NCBI GenBank assembly: GCA_963787465.1
Contig: CAWBDD010000018.1
Coordinates: 29,612-93,611, forward strand
Origin: an uncultured Thermoplasmata archaeon
GTDB taxonomy: Archaea; Thermoplasmatota; Thermoplasmata; UBA10834
DNA length: 64,000 bases
Reading direction: 5' to 3'
Below the pieces are notes generated by a model that did not search any database, was not told where the DNA came from, and worked only from the letters and a program-made list of their open reading frames with translations. This document shows, piece after piece, positions 1-9,956 of the stretch (the stretch's first letter is position 1; every line of letters starts with the position of its first letter). Position numbers and translations under genes: made by a program.

Positions 1-85
1 TTGAACCTTTCTGAATAGGCATCGCAGGTCAGGGACCGACGGCAAGAAACATGGCCGCCTGACCGCTGCGCAGAGGTTTGAGGGC

Positions 86-283
86 TCACTTCTTCTTGAA
101 CTCGGTGTAGCCGCACTTGCCGCAGGACGTCCTGTCGGCGTGCTGGGCCATGAAGACCCCTGCACCGCACTTCGGGCAATGGGCCTTGACCCTGGTGAGC
201 TTCCCGCCTTCGAGCTTGTAGGCATCCTTCTTGGCCTTCCTCGGCGTCTTCGCCTTCGGCACCTTCTTCTTCTCTTCAGCCAT
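86..283 (-). CDS. rps27ae: 30S ribosomal protein S27ae (eS31)
   Basis: 65-aa lysine-rich protein with a C-x2-C...C-x2-C zinc ribbon (CPKCGAG...CGKCGYT). Adjacent to S24e, as is typical in archaea. Confidence 0.85.
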   Translation of the reverse strand: MAEEKKKVPKAKTPRKAKKDAYKLEGGKLTRVKAHCPKCGAGVFMAQHADRTSCGKCGYTEFKKK

Positions 284-294
284 GTCCGCTCACC

Positions 295-639
295 TCACTT
301 CCTGGCGCCTTCCGCCTTCTTCGCGGGGGCGGCGGCTGCCTTCTTCTTGACCTTCTTCTCCTTGAGCTTGTTCCTGACCAGGACGTACGCGCGCTCGTAC
401 TTCATGACGGCTTCCTTGGTCTTGTAGACCTTGGCGTAGCCCATCGTCTCGGTCTTGCCGAACTCGGAGTCCATGGAGTCGACGACGACTCTCTCGGCAG
501 GGGCCTTCAGGAGCGCCGCGAGCTTCTGCCTCACGTCCTCCCTCTTAGGGGTCCCCTCCTTCGTGTGGACTGCCTTGAACCTGACCTCGACCCTGTCGAG
601 CACCTCGTTCTCCTTCTTCGTGACTACCTCAATTTCCAT
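295..639 (-). CDS. rps24e: 30S ribosomal protein S24e (eS24)
   Basis: 114 aa. The N-terminal region matches the S24e fold motif pattern (EIEV..KENEVLDRVEVRFKAVH). Lys/Ala-rich tail. Conserved cluster position. Confidence 0.85.
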   Translation of the reverse strand: MEIEVVTKKENEVLDRVEVRFKAVHTKEGTPKREDVRQKLAALLKAPAERVVVDSMDSEFGKTETMGYAKVYKTKEAVMKYERAYVLVRNKLKEKKVKKKAAAAPAKKAEGARK

Positions 640-643
640 CGTC

Positions 644-1192
644 TCACCTTGTCATGCGTCTGATCACTGCCGCGGCGAATGCCCTCGATTCCGGGCCAAC
701 GCGTACCAGGACCATCCCCTCGTTGGGGATGCCGTACAGCACGCCCGTGCCCTCGGGGCCGGTCGCGATCACGACCAGCGCGGCCAGGTCCTCCTCTCCG
801 GAGACCTCTATCTTGACCCTGTCTCTCGCGTTCACCGCGTCCCGGACCTCTCGCCACATGGCGCGGGTTATCCTCCCGGGCGGGTTCTCGACCTTCACGA
901 GACGCCCGGACATCTTCGCGATGCGCTCCTTCGCCCCGACGTCCTCGGACCGTTTCGTCCTGTAGTCGAACACGGCGACGTCGGGCTCCATGTTCATCTG
1001 AAGGAGCGTGACTGTGACGACGTCCCCGACGGACACGACCCTCGGGGCGTCCTTAAGGCGTTTCTTCAAGGACCATGCCTGGACGAACTCGCCCATCGGC
1101 TTGGCGAGAGCGTCCCTCAGGTCCTCAGGGAGTTCCAGATCCCTCTCCGGGAACGACTCAGCGTACCCTGAGGGCGTACTTCCCGTTGACAT
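644..1192 (-). CDS. DUF359/COG1909 protein (GTP-dependent dephospho-CoA kinase-like)
   Basis: 182 aa with VGDVVT...NPPGRIT...VSGEEDLAALV..GTGVLYGIPNEGMVLV, matching the DUF359 pattern. Conserved archaeal neighbourhood between spt4 and rps24e. Confidence 0.6.
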   Translation of the reverse strand: MSTGSTPSGYAESFPERDLELPEDLRDALAKPMGEFVQAWSLKKRLKDAPRVVSVGDVVTVTLLQMNMEPDVAVFDYRTKRSEDVGAKERIAKMSGRLVKVENPPGRITRAMWREVRDAVNARDRVKIEVSGEEDLAALVVIATGPEGTGVLYGIPNEGMVLVRVGPESRAFAAAVIRRMTR

Positions 1193-1343
1193 GTATGCCC
1201 ATCTTCCTGGCCATCTCGGACTTCGTGTGGTCTATGACCACGAGATAGCCCTGCCAGTCCTTTGAGGTGTCTGCGCCGCACTGAGGGCACTTGTCATCCT
1301 CGGTGACGAAGCAGCACTTCTTGCAGGCCCTTTCGATCTTCAT
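1158..1343 (-). CDS. spt4: transcription elongation factor Spt4 / RNAP subunit E''
   Basis: Internal start MKIERACKKCCFV..CPQCG gives a 61-aa zinc-ribbon protein ending YALRVR. Its ATG overlaps the rpoE stop codon by 4 nt (ATGA). Confidence 0.8.
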   Translation of the reverse strand: MKIERACKKCCFVTEDDKCPQCGADTSKDWQGYLVVIDHTKSEMARKMGIHVNGKYALRVR

Positions 1344-1903
1344 GCTTTGCCCTCCCGCTTCTTGCGGTCCTCCTCGATCCACTCGAGCTTGCCGAGGCCA
1401 GGCTGCCGCATCGTGAGCCCGATCTTGCTCTCCCTCGGGCTCCTCTCGTTGATGCTGAGAGAGACTATCCTCGTCCTCACGGCGTCGCCGACGCGCAGCT
1501 CGCGCTTCGTGTCCTTGCCGAGGAGCCTCCTGCCATCCACATCGACATCAATCCTGTCGTCCATGATCTGGCTGATGTGGAGCAGCCCGTCCAGCGGCCC
1601 GAACCTGACGAAGGCGCCGAACTTCAGCACCTCGCAGATGTGCCCCTCCACGACCTCGTGGACCATCGGTCTGAACATAAGGGCGTCGAACTTGACCTTC
1701 TGGTACACCGCGCCGTCGCCGTGGATGATCCTACCCTCGCCCAGGTGCTCGATGTTCCTTACGAGCACGGTGTAGCTGCCGTCCGCCTCCACCTTGTTCT
1801 GGAAGGACTCCTGGGTCAGCCTCTCCGACAGCTTGGTGAAGTCCTCTCCCAGCAGCTGTGGTGGGATTCTGACGACATCCTCCTTGGATGCTATGACGTA
1901 CAT
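1340..1903 (-). CDS. rpoE: DNA-directed RNA polymerase subunit E' (Rpo7, S1 domain)
   Basis: 187 aa. N-terminal Rpo7 domain followed by an S1-like domain (GHICEVLKFGAFVRFG...GLLHISQI). Confidence 0.85.
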   Translation of the reverse strand: MYVIASKEDVVRIPPQLLGEDFTKLSERLTQESFQNKVEADGSYTVLVRNIEHLGEGRIIHGDGAVYQKVKFDALMFRPMVHEVVEGHICEVLKFGAFVRFGPLDGLLHISQIMDDRIDVDVDGRRLLGKDTKRELRVGDAVRTRIVSLSINERSPRESKIGLTMRQPGLGKLEWIEEDRKKREGKA

Positions 1904-1986
1904 CTAGACAATCCTCTGAATGATGGCTCGCGGTCTTCTCGATTACGCTAGTGGTATAAATGGTTTGCCGATGGGGGGCGGCCCCA

Positions 1987-4182
1987 TCAGGTAAGGATGA
2001 ACAGTCCCACGAACACGAGCGTCACTGTCGAGAGCAGCTTGACGAGCACGTGTATCGAAGGTCCTGCCGTGTCCTTGAGCGGGTCGCCGACGGTGTCTCC
2101 GACGACCGCGGCCGCGTGCGCCGGGGTCTTCTTGCCGCCGAAGTGGCCGGTCTCTATGTACTTCTTGCCGTTGTCCCAGGCCCCTCCACCGTTGTTGAAC
2201 ATGTTCGCGACCATTATGCCGGTTATCGTGCCGACCATCAGCATCGCACCGACAGCCTGCGGGGCGTCGTAGCCCAGGTGCGCCATGGCCACTCCGAACA
2301 GGACTGGAACGAGCACAGGCAGGAGCGCCGGGACGACCATCGCCTTGAGGGCGCCCTTGGTCGCTATGTCCACGCACCTCGCGTAGTCAGGCTTCGAGGT
2401 GCGGTCCATGATGCCAGGGTTCTCCTTGAACTGGCGTCTGACCTCGTTTATCATCTGGTGGGCCGTCTTGCCGACCGCCCTTATCGCGAGCGAGGCGAAC
2501 AGGAACACGAGCATCGCTCCGAGGAGCCCACCGACGAACACGTCGGGCTGGGCTAGGTCGACATGGAACGCCTGCGAGAGGTCTCCGTCGAACTTCTTGA
2601 TCGCGACCCTCTCGAAGTACGCTCCGAACAGCAGGAACGCGGCTAGCGCGGCACTTGCCATGGCGTAGCCCTTCGTGAGGGCCTTCGTGGTGTTGCCGCA
2701 GGCGTCCAGCTTGTCGGTCCTGACCCTTATCTCTTCAGGCTGCTTCGACATCTCGATGATGCCGCCAGCGTTGTCCGTTATCGGGCCGAATGTGTCGGTC
2801 GCGAGGATGAACGCGCATGTCGCGAGCATGCCCATGGTCGCGACGGCCGTGCCGTAGAACCCGTAGATCAGCTCGTATGTGCTGAATCCCTCCACGGCCG
2901 AAGTGATAGCCGGGTCGTCGGGTGCAGCCATCTGGCCCAACGCGAACGAGCCCAGCAGCGACACGATTATGGCAATTACAGGGAGAGCGGTGCTCTCCAT
3001 CGCGATCGACAGACCGGTGATGATGTTCGTCGCCGGACCGGTCGTGGACGCTTCCGCGATCTCCTTGACGGGCCTCCAGGAGCCGGAGGTGTAGTACTGG
3101 GTGATATACACTATGACTATGCTCAGCGATATGCCAATCAGGCCAGCTCCGAAGAAGTACAGGTAATCGCTCCCGAGCTGGTCCTCGAACATGACCTTCG
3201 TCGCGATGTAGAAGAACCCCGCTGCGAGGGCGCATGTGACATAGTAACCCATGTTGATGCCTGACATCGGGTCCTTGTCCTCCCTCGAGAGCCTGACGGT
3301 CATGATTCCGACCAGGGACGCGAAGATACCGAAGGACCTTGCGACGAGCGGGAAGAATATCCAGGCGAGTGCGGCTGTCTCGTCCCACCTCATGCCCACA
3401 GGCAATATATCTGGAGATGTCCAGAATGTGAACAGGCTCAGACCGAGCACCATAGCACCGATGTTCTCCGCTGCAGTCGACTCGAAGAGATCCGCACCCC
3501 TGCCTGCGCAGTCGCCGACGTTGTCGCCGACGAGGTCAGCTATGACCGCGGGGTTCCTCGGGTCGTCCTCAGGGATGCCCGCCTCGATCTTGCCGACGAG
3601 GTCCGCGCCCACATCGGCGGCCTTCGTGTATATCCCGCCGCCGAGCTGGGCGAAGAGTGCCGCGAAGCTCGCACCGAAGGCGAACCCGATCGCGGCGTCG
3701 AGGGATTCAGAGGTCGTGAAGTCCATCACTGTGTGGAATGTGTAGAAGATGCCGGCGACGCCGAGCAAGCTGAGCGAGACGACGCCCATGCCGGACACCG
3801 CACCGCCCCTGAAGCTCGTCACGAGGGCCTCGTTGAGGCTCCTGCGCGCGGCCGACGCCGTCCTGATGTTGGACCTGACGCTGACGTACATGCCGATGTA
3901 GCCCGACACGGCCGACGCGAGCGCGCCGACGACGAACGCCAGGCCGACCCATACCTTCGGTTCAATCAGCGCCCCTATCAGGACGCTCAGCACCAGGCTG
4001 ATGACTATGATCGTCGTGTACTGTCTCTTCATGTAGGCCATGGCGCCCTGGCGGATAGCATCCCCGATCTCCTGCATCTCAGGTGTCCCGAGGTCCTTCC
4101 TGAAAACATACCAGGTCAGATAGCCAGCGAACGCCAGACCGACCAATCCCGCAATTGGGATAATGAGGGTTATGTCTACCAT
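1987..4182 (-). CDS. hppA: membrane-bound ion-translocating inorganic pyrophosphatase (V-PPase)
   Basis: 731 aa, about 16 TM helices. Hallmark motifs: GGG(I)YTKAADVGADLVGK, DNVGDN(V)GDCAGRGADLFES, CGNTTKA (A at the K+-dependence position). Confidence 0.95.
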   Translation of the reverse strand: MVDITLIIPIAGLVGLAFAGYLTWYVFRKDLGTPEMQEIGDAIRQGAMAYMKRQYTTIIVISLVLSVLIGALIEPKVWVGLAFVVGALASAVSGYIGMYVSVRSNIRTASAARRSLNEALVTSFRGGAVSGMGVVSLSLLGVAGIFYTFHTVMDFTTSESLDAAIGFAFGASFAALFAQLGGGIYTKAADVGADLVGKIEAGIPEDDPRNPAVIADLVGDNVGDCAGRGADLFESTAAENIGAMVLGLSLFTFWTSPDILPVGMRWDETAALAWIFFPLVARSFGIFASLVGIMTVRLSREDKDPMSGINMGYYVTCALAAGFFYIATKVMFEDQLGSDYLYFFGAGLIGISLSIVIVYITQYYTSGSWRPVKEIAEASTTGPATNIITGLSIAMESTALPVIAIIVSLLGSFALGQMAAPDDPAITSAVEGFSTYELIYGFYGTAVATMGMLATCAFILATDTFGPITDNAGGIIEMSKQPEEIRVRTDKLDACGNTTKALTKGYAMASAALAAFLLFGAYFERVAIKKFDGDLSQAFHVDLAQPDVFVGGLLGAMLVFLFASLAIRAVGKTAHQMINEVRRQFKENPGIMDRTSKPDYARCVDIATKGALKAMVVPALLPVLVPVLFGVAMAHLGYDAPQAVGAMLMVGTITGIMVANMFNNGGGAWDNGKKYIETGHFGGKKTPAHAAAVVGDTVGDPLKDTAGPSIHVLVKLLSTVTLVFVGLFILT

Positions 4183-4405
4183 CCTTGCTCTCTCCCGTTC
4201 CCGGTTGCCCGCGGGATTAGGGTGCCATTATTTAGGCTTAACCGAGCGCGTTCCCAGATTGTGCGCATGTGCGCACGTTCGAGCGCGCGCAGTCCGTAGC
4301 GCGACTTCGAGAATCGTAAAACATCGGGTCTGAACAGCGCATCCTCTTTCAGGAAAGCATCAAAAACAACGATATGGAAGGGGTTTGTCGACTGTTCCGA
4401 CGGGA

Positions 4406-4627
4406 CTACCTCTCAATGAGCGTCTCGACGTACCTGACGAAGCCGATCTTCTGAATCTTGTCAGCGATCTGGCTGACCTTGGACAGGTCAGACACCTCGA
4501 CGAACGCGATGTAATCGTAGTGCCCGAACACCAGGAACCCATCAGTGACCCCAGGTATCTTGGTGAGCTTGTTCGAGTCCTCGAATGTCTTCGGCTCGAG
4601 CATGACCAGTATGACCGCCTTGACCAT
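4406..4627 (-). CDS. stand-alone Lrp/AsnC C-terminal (RAM) domain protein
   Basis: Internal start MVKAVILVML... gives a 73-aa product with a beta-alpha-beta-beta-alpha-beta pattern typical of the AsnC ligand-binding domain. The upstream part of the long ORF is a GC-rich wrong-frame extension. Confidence 0.55.
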   Translation of the reverse strand: MVKAVILVMLEPKTFEDSNKLTKIPGVTDGFLVFGHYDYIAFVEVSDLSKVSQIADKIQKIGFVRYVETLIER

Positions 4628-4632
4628 CTGAA

Positions 4633-4866
4633 TCACTCCTCCGGGAATCCGATGAGGGTCTCGACAATCTCGACCCCTTCCGCCTTGTAGATGTTCATGC
4701 CGATCTTCGCGATCTCCCCGAGGGCTAGCTCCTCGGTCTCGACCGCGATGTCCCACCGGCCGTGGACCGGGAAGGCGTCCTTGACGCCCTCCTGCTTCTT
4801 GGCCAGTTCGACCACCTTCTTCGTCTTGAGCAGCTTGCAGCAAACCAGAAGACATGCTTTGACCAT
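4633..4866 (-). CDS. stand-alone Lrp/AsnC C-terminal (RAM) domain protein (tandem paralog)
   Basis: MVKACLLVCCKL...IGFPEE, 77 aa. Paralog of the preceding gene, separated by a 5-bp gap and in the same orientation. Confidence 0.55.
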   Translation of the reverse strand: MVKACLLVCCKLLKTKKVVELAKKQEGVKDAFPVHGRWDIAVETEELALGEIAKIGMNIYKAEGVEIVETLIGFPEE

Positions 4867-5175
4867 GCGTATCCCTTCGTTGTTTGGCGGAACGGAATGT
4901 CCATTTAAATACCTTCTCACGGCCAGGTCCGTCCCCGCAGGGACGTGGGACGGCGCGGTGTCCCGTGCGGAAGGCGGCCAGTGCATCCAGCACCCTTAAC
5001 CCTCTGATGGACGCGCTACTGGGTCCTTCGCCTGGCTCGGATGCAACACGAGTCCCATGACCAAACCATTATCATCCCAGAGCATGATTTGCTCCCACTC
5101 ATCTCTCAGGGTGATTAATCATGGGTTCTCAGGAGGAGGGGTTGAACAGGAAGAAGGACTTCCAGAAGAGGTCGG

Positions 5176-5817
5176 ATGACGATATCGATCTCTTCCTCGG
5201 AAGGCGGGAGTCCGCTCGTACAGTCGCCACGGATAAGGACCAGGGCGCGAAGCAGTCTCCGCCAGCAATCCAAGCCCGAACCCCCTGTGAAGAAGGAGAT
5301 CTCGGACGACGAGCATGACGATCAAATCAAGGCCGCGCGGGTCGGACGCGCCCAGGCGGAGGCTTACAGGGACGTCGCAATCCTGAGGAAGAAGGCCCAT
5401 GTCTTCAACCACAAGGCCGCGAAGGCATTCCACAAGTACAAGAAGAACGAGGCTGCGGCCCAGAAATGCTCCGCAAGGGCGGTCGCGTACAGGGAGAAGG
5501 CCGAAACGAGACGGGAGCGCGCCAACGAATATCGTCTCACGGAGAAGGAATTCGAGGCCGAGCTCAGGGGCGCGGCGACGGGAAAGTCCGACCTCAGCCC
5601 TGAGTCGCTGAGAACCAAGATCGCTCATATGGAGAGGAAGGCAGCCAAGCAGGACGAAGTCGCCCACAAGTACGAAGCCAAGGCTGCGAGCCAGACAGAG
5701 AGGGCGGCCAAGTTCAAGACAAGGGCTGCGAAGTTCCTCGAACAGAACAAATTGAACGAGAGCGAGGGCAGGATGTACGCGAAGCGCGCGGACAACCTGG
5801 AACGGGCAGGCCCCTGA
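5176..5817 (+). CDS. hypothetical Lys/Ala/Glu-rich coiled-coil protein
   Basis: 213-aa ORF with amphipathic K/A/E repeats. An alternative upstream frame (5121..5318) also looks protein-like, so the 5' end may carry a frameshift. Confidence 0.4.
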   Translation: MTISISSSEGGSPLVQSPRIRTRARSSLRQQSKPEPPVKKEISDDEHDDQIKAARVGRAQAEAYRDVAILRKKAHVFNHKAAKAFHKYKKNEAAAQKCSARAVAYREKAETRRERANEYRLTEKEFEAELRGAATGKSDLSPESLRTKIAHMERKAAKQDEVAHKYEAKAASQTERAAKFKTRAAKFLEQNKLNESEGRMYAKRADNLERAGP

Positions 5818-5822
5818 AGTCG

Positions 5823-6212
5823 TCAGGTCGGATTCTGCTTCGCGGGGACGGTCCAATGGAGCATCCCCGCCTCCTCTAGGTCGACCTCGTCGGAGCTCTC
5901 CGCGCCGTTTGCCTTTATGGATACCCTCAGACGGCCGTCATGGAGCATGACCTCGGCGCTCTCGACGCTGGACCTGTAGGTGGCGACCGACTTACCGCCT
6001 ATGGAGACCACCTTCGACTCCTCTCGGAGCATGCCCGCACTGCGCAGTAGCCTTATCCGCCTGTAGCATGCTGCCACGGGTATGCCGAGCACCTCGGCCA
6101 GCTCGATCGCGTTCATGGACCGGTCTACTGTCAGTGTGAGGATCCTGGACGCGTGCTCGTCCAGCATCAATTTGAACATATCGAAGGAATCCATATTGTC
6201 CATGGGTTTCAC
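5823..6212 (-). CDS. winged-helix (ArsR-like) transcriptional regulator
   Basis: 129 aa. HTH segment NAIELAEVLGIPVAACYRRIRLLRSAGML. Paralogous to 10548..10916, with a shared IAACYRRI recognition helix. Confidence 0.55.
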   Translation of the reverse strand: MKPMDNMDSFDMFKLMLDEHASRILTLTVDRSMNAIELAEVLGIPVAACYRRIRLLRSAGMLREESKVVSIGGKSVATYRSSVESAEVMLHDGRLRVSIKANGAESSDEVDLEEAGMLHWTVPAKQNPT

Positions 6213-6219
6213 GCTCCAC

Positions 6220-6480
6220 TCATATCCTCTGGAGGCCTTTCCAGTCCTGCTCGAAGCCTCCCTTCCCGATGCCCTCGAGCGCGACCGTCACGTGCTCGAG
6301 GCCGTACTTGCTCGCGAGCCTCTGCAGGTAGTTGAGCTCTCCGCTCTCGACGTCAAGATGTAGAAATACGACGTTATCGCCTTTGACGACGGGCAGGACC
6401 TTCTTTGAGGGGTCCTTCGGATCGATCGGACATGACCTGCCCCTTGCACTTCGTGCACATCCCACCCTGGAGCATGACAT
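6220..6480 (-). CDS. hypothetical small protein (start uncertain)
   Basis: The C-terminal about 60 aa (KKVLPVVKGDNVVFLHLDVESGELNYLQRLASKYGLEHVTVALEGIG...) look protein-like. The N-terminus overlaps the upstream gene, so the true start is probably internal. Confidence 0.25.
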   Translation of the reverse strand: MSCSRVGCARSARGRSCPIDPKDPSKKVLPVVKGDNVVFLHLDVESGELNYLQRLASKYGLEHVTVALEGIGKGGFEQDWKGLQRI

Positions 6481-7174
6481 GCTCCCCGCAGAGCGGGCAG
6501 TCCATCTCGTCCTCCGCGTCGGATGCGAAGTCGGAGTCGCAGAACAGGCTCACGAGCCCGGTGTCCCCGCTCTCCAGCCTCGTCCCGCAGATCGGGCACT
6601 TGTCCGTATCGAACGCGACGAGCGTGCCACAGTGCGAGCACTCGCAGACGAAGTCCGCCTCGCCCTTGCCGTCGCCCAGATAGCTGATGACGCCGGACTC
6701 GGCGTCGAAGTGCAGCACCGGGGAACCCTCTTTGTTAAGGAACTCCTCCAGGTCGGCAGCCAGCTCCTCCGCCGCTTCGTCGAACGCGTCGAAGTCCTCG
6801 TCGGAGATGTTGCCCAGGTACATGACGTTGCACTTGGGGCACCTGAGCGCCCCCTCCGGGACGAACGCCCCGCAGTCGTAGCAGTTGAACCCCTTCGGCC
6901 TCTTCTCTTGGCGCGGCGCCGCAGGGGCAGATGTGACATTCTCTAGGACAGCGGTGGTGATCTCGATGTCCTTGTCGGACATCTTCTTGGTCTCCAGCGT
7001 GTCAGCCATGTGCTTGACCGACATCGGCTTCGCCTTCACCACCCTGCGCAGCGACTTCTTCTCCTCCCTGACAGTGACCATCTTCGCCGTCTTCTGGTCC
7101 TCCTTCGGCCGGAGGAATCCGAAGAAGCTGCTCTGCTCAGCGTCCTGGTCCTTCTTGGGGGGTTTCTCGGTCAT
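6374..7174 (-). CDS. multi-zinc-ribbon protein
   Basis: Internal start MTEKPPKKDQ. At least 5 C-x2-C pairs forming several zinc ribbons, with acidic linkers. The 5' part of the long ORF is an Arg-rich wrong-frame extension. Confidence 0.5.
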   Translation of the reverse strand: MTEKPPKKDQDAEQSSFFGFLRPKEDQKTAKMVTVREEKKSLRRVVKAKPMSVKHMADTLETKKMSDKDIEITTAVLENVTSAPAAPRQEKRPKGFNCYDCGAFVPEGALRCPKCNVMYLGNISDEDFDAFDEAAEELAADLEEFLNKEGSPVLHFDAESGVISYLGDGKGEADFVCECSHCGTLVAFDTDKCPICGTRLESGDTGLVSLFCDSDFASDAEDEMDCPLCGEHVMLQGGMCTKCKGQVMSDRSEGPLKEGPARRQRR

Positions 7175-7446
7175 CTTGCTGCGCCTCTTTCCTCCACTCG
7201 CCCTGATGATGTTATCATGCTCCCGACGACTTATACGGGTATCGACCAGGTAATCAGCGATGATAACGTTTCTACGGAGAACGCCAGTGCGCGTACGTGC
7301 GGCGTGCCCGCCCGCGCGCACTAGACGCAAGACTGCTTCCACGACCACTCTGCGCGCAGAGCCCACAGAAAAGGATATAAAGAGGACCTATTATTGTCCT
7401 GAGCGCGTCCAGACATCTGTGTTCTGAAGGCGTTGGCTGGTGCTGA

Positions 7447-8309
7447 ATGACTGAGCTGATCGGAGACCTCGAGGAGAAGCGTTCGCGTCACAACTCCGAT
7501 GCCGAGAGGCACAAGAGGCTCAGGGACGAGCTCAACGACAAGACCAGGGAGTGGGCCGAGAAGAGGGACGAGCTCAACGCCCAGGTCAGGAAGCTCATAG
7601 ACGAGGCGAACCAGAGACGCGAGATGAGGGACAAGCTCAACTCCGAGGTCAGGACGGCGAAGGCCCAGAGGGACGAGTGGAACAGGAAGTTCAACGACCT
7701 CGCGACAAGGCGATCCAACTCAGGAGGGAGAAGATGCCCAAGAGCGGGCTGTCCATCCGGAAGTTCAAGGCGGAGCTCAGGGCCCTCGAGAAGAAGCACA
7801 TGACATCTGTGATGAGCGCCGAGAAGGAGAAGGCGCTCATGAAGGAGATGTCCCAGCTCGATGCCAAGATCAAGGGCATGGAGCAGGAGATGGAGCAGTT
7901 CTCCGAGGTGAAGGCAGCCGAAAAGGAGGCCAGGGACGCCAAGGACAAGGCCGAGAGCTTCCACAGGCAGGTCTCGGAGCTGGCGGAGAAGGCCCAGGCC
8001 GAGCACGACGGGATGCTCAAGCTCTACGACGAGGCGGACGACGTCAGGAAGCAGGCGGACGGCGCCCAGGAGAAGTTCATAGAGACGAAGCTCGCCGCCG
8101 ACGAGGAGCACAGGGAGCACATAGAGCACATCCGTCAGGTCCACGACTTCGACAAGATCATAAGCGGCATGCAGGACAAGGGGAAGCGCGTCAGGAGGGA
8201 CGACGAGTCAGACAAGAGAGAGGCCGAGCAGATCTTCGAGAAGTTCAGGGCCGGAGAGAAGCTCAGCACCGAGGACATCATGGTCCTCCAGAAGTCGGGG
8301 TACATGTAG
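7447..8309 (+). CDS. archaeal coiled-coil protein (COG1340-like), apparent -1 frameshift near 7715
   Basis: Two overlapping ORFs (7447..7803 and 7551..8309) join into one continuous heptad-repeat protein (..DELNAQVRKLIDEANQRREMRDKLNSEV../..KAIQLRREKMPKSGLSIRKFKAELRALEKK..) if one nt is restored near 7710-7716. Confidence 0.6.
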
Positions 8310-8469
8310 CTGCACAGGCAGCACTAGAAGCGCGGGTGCGCGCCAGTATCAAAAGCGACGTTCGCTCGGAGGCATGCTGGCTATGCCCGTCAGAGAGGCG
8401 CGCCCGGCAGAGGATTATAAGAACCTCGCCGCGACAAGTATAAATAGTGCCCCACCAATATAGAACCTG

Positions 8470-8545
8470 GGAAATTTTGGGCTAGTTGTTAGAGTGCATC
8501 CCATCCCTTCTGACAAGGCTAGCCCTTCCCTTCCCTTTTTTTGTT
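8470..8545 (+). ncRNA. candidate small RNA or terminator hairpin
   Basis: TATA-like GTATAAATAG at 8442-8452. About 25 nt downstream, a 7-bp stem GGGCTAG/CTAGCCC (8479-8525) is followed by a 7-T run (8536-8542). No coding potential. Confidence 0.25.
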
Positions 8546-8609
8546 CGTTCGGCAGCGAACGCGCAACCTATTTATCGCGCGTACGGGTTAGGCGCGAGAG
8601 TCGAGTCAC

Positions 8610-9952
8610 ATGGTATTGGAGAACCTTGGCCAGTCCCTTCGCGACGCTATCAAGAAGATCGCCAACGCGTCCCACGTGGACCAGAAGCTCGTGAAGGAGG
8701 TAGTGAAAGACGTCCAGCGGGCGCTCCTCCAGGCGGATGTGAACGTCAAACTCGTCCTCAGCATGACCAAGGAGCTCGAGAGCCGCGCTCTCACGGAGAA
8801 GCCGCCGCCGGGCATGAGCTCCAGGGAGCATGTGATAAGGATCGTCTACGAGGAGCTCGTCAAGATCCTCGGGAAACCCAAGGAGATACCCGCGAAGCCC
8901 CAGAGGATCCTCATGGTCGGCCTGTACGGCCAAGGGAAGACCACCACCACCGGCAAGATCGGTAAAGACCTTCAGAAGAGGGGGATGAAGGTCGGCCTCG
9001 TCGCGGCGGACGTGCACAGGCCGGCGGCCTACGACCAACTCACTCAGATAGGGAAGAAGCTCAACATCCCGGTCTTCGGGGACCCGAAGGAGAAGAACGC
9101 GGTCAAGATCGCGAAGCGCGCCCTGAAGGAGTTCGAGGGATTCGACGTCATCATATTCGACACATCCGGGAGGCACGCCCTCGAGGACGACCTCATCCGG
9201 GAGATCAAGGACGTCGCGAAGATCGTCGACGCCGAGCAGAAGATACTCATCCTCGACGCCCAGACGGGGCAGCAGGCCGGCCCCCAGGCAAAGGCGTTCC
9301 ACGACGCCGTCGGCCTGACAGGCGTGGTCATAACCAAGCTCGACGGGACGGCCAAGGGCGGCGGTGCACTCAGCGCCGTGGCCGAGACGGGCGCCCCCAT
9401 ATGCTACATCGGTGTCGGGGAGCACCTCGAGGACATCGAGAGGTTCGACCCCGACCGGTTCATAAGCAGGCTCCTGGGCATGGGAGACATCAAGTCCCTG
9501 CATCGAGGCCGCGAGCGAGGTCATGGACGAGGAGAAGGCCGAGGAGACCGCCCGGAAGATGATGTCCGGGAGGTTCACGCTCAAGGAGATGTACGACCAG
9601 ATGGAGATGCTCCAGGGCATGGGCCCGCTGAAGAAGATAGCCGCCATGATGCCAGGCCTGTCCGACAAGCTGAAGGACCAGGACATGGAGGCGACCCAGG
9701 AACGGCTCAGGAGGTTCAGGGTCATAATGGACTCCATGACCGAGCAGGAGCTCGAGGACCCGAAACTCCTCAAGTCATCCAGGGTCGTCAGGATCGCCAG
9801 GGGCAGCGGGACCGGATCCCAAGGATGTCAGGGAGCTCCTGAAGCAGTACAACATGTCCAAGAGGGCAATGAAGGGGTTCCTGGGGAACAGGAAGATGCG
9901 CAGACAGCTCATGAAGCAGTTCAAGGGCGCCGACCTGAATAAGGAGGGATGA
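8610..9952 (+). CDS. srp54: signal recognition particle protein SRP54 (two apparent frameshifts)
   Basis: N and G domains intact (GLYGQGKTTTTGK, DTSGRH, ITKLDGTAKGG). The M domain continues in another frame after about 9500 (GDIKSL|IEAASEVMDEEKAEE). The C-terminal tail continues in a third frame after about 9812 (RGSGT|DPKDVRELLKQYNMSKRAMKGF...). Both breaks are single-nt insertions at C/G runs. Confidence 0.9.
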
Positions 9953-9956
9953 TGCG

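Noticed and set aside
8568-9773. 401-aa ORF antisense to SRP54. Similar long antisense or out-of-frame ORFs at 9921..10499, 11743..12285, 24765..25514, 41501..42169, 51187..53412 and others.
   Set aside because: R/P/G/S-rich, low-complexity composition typical of wrong-frame translation in 60%+ GC DNA. Each overlaps a gene with clear family motifs on the other strand or frame.
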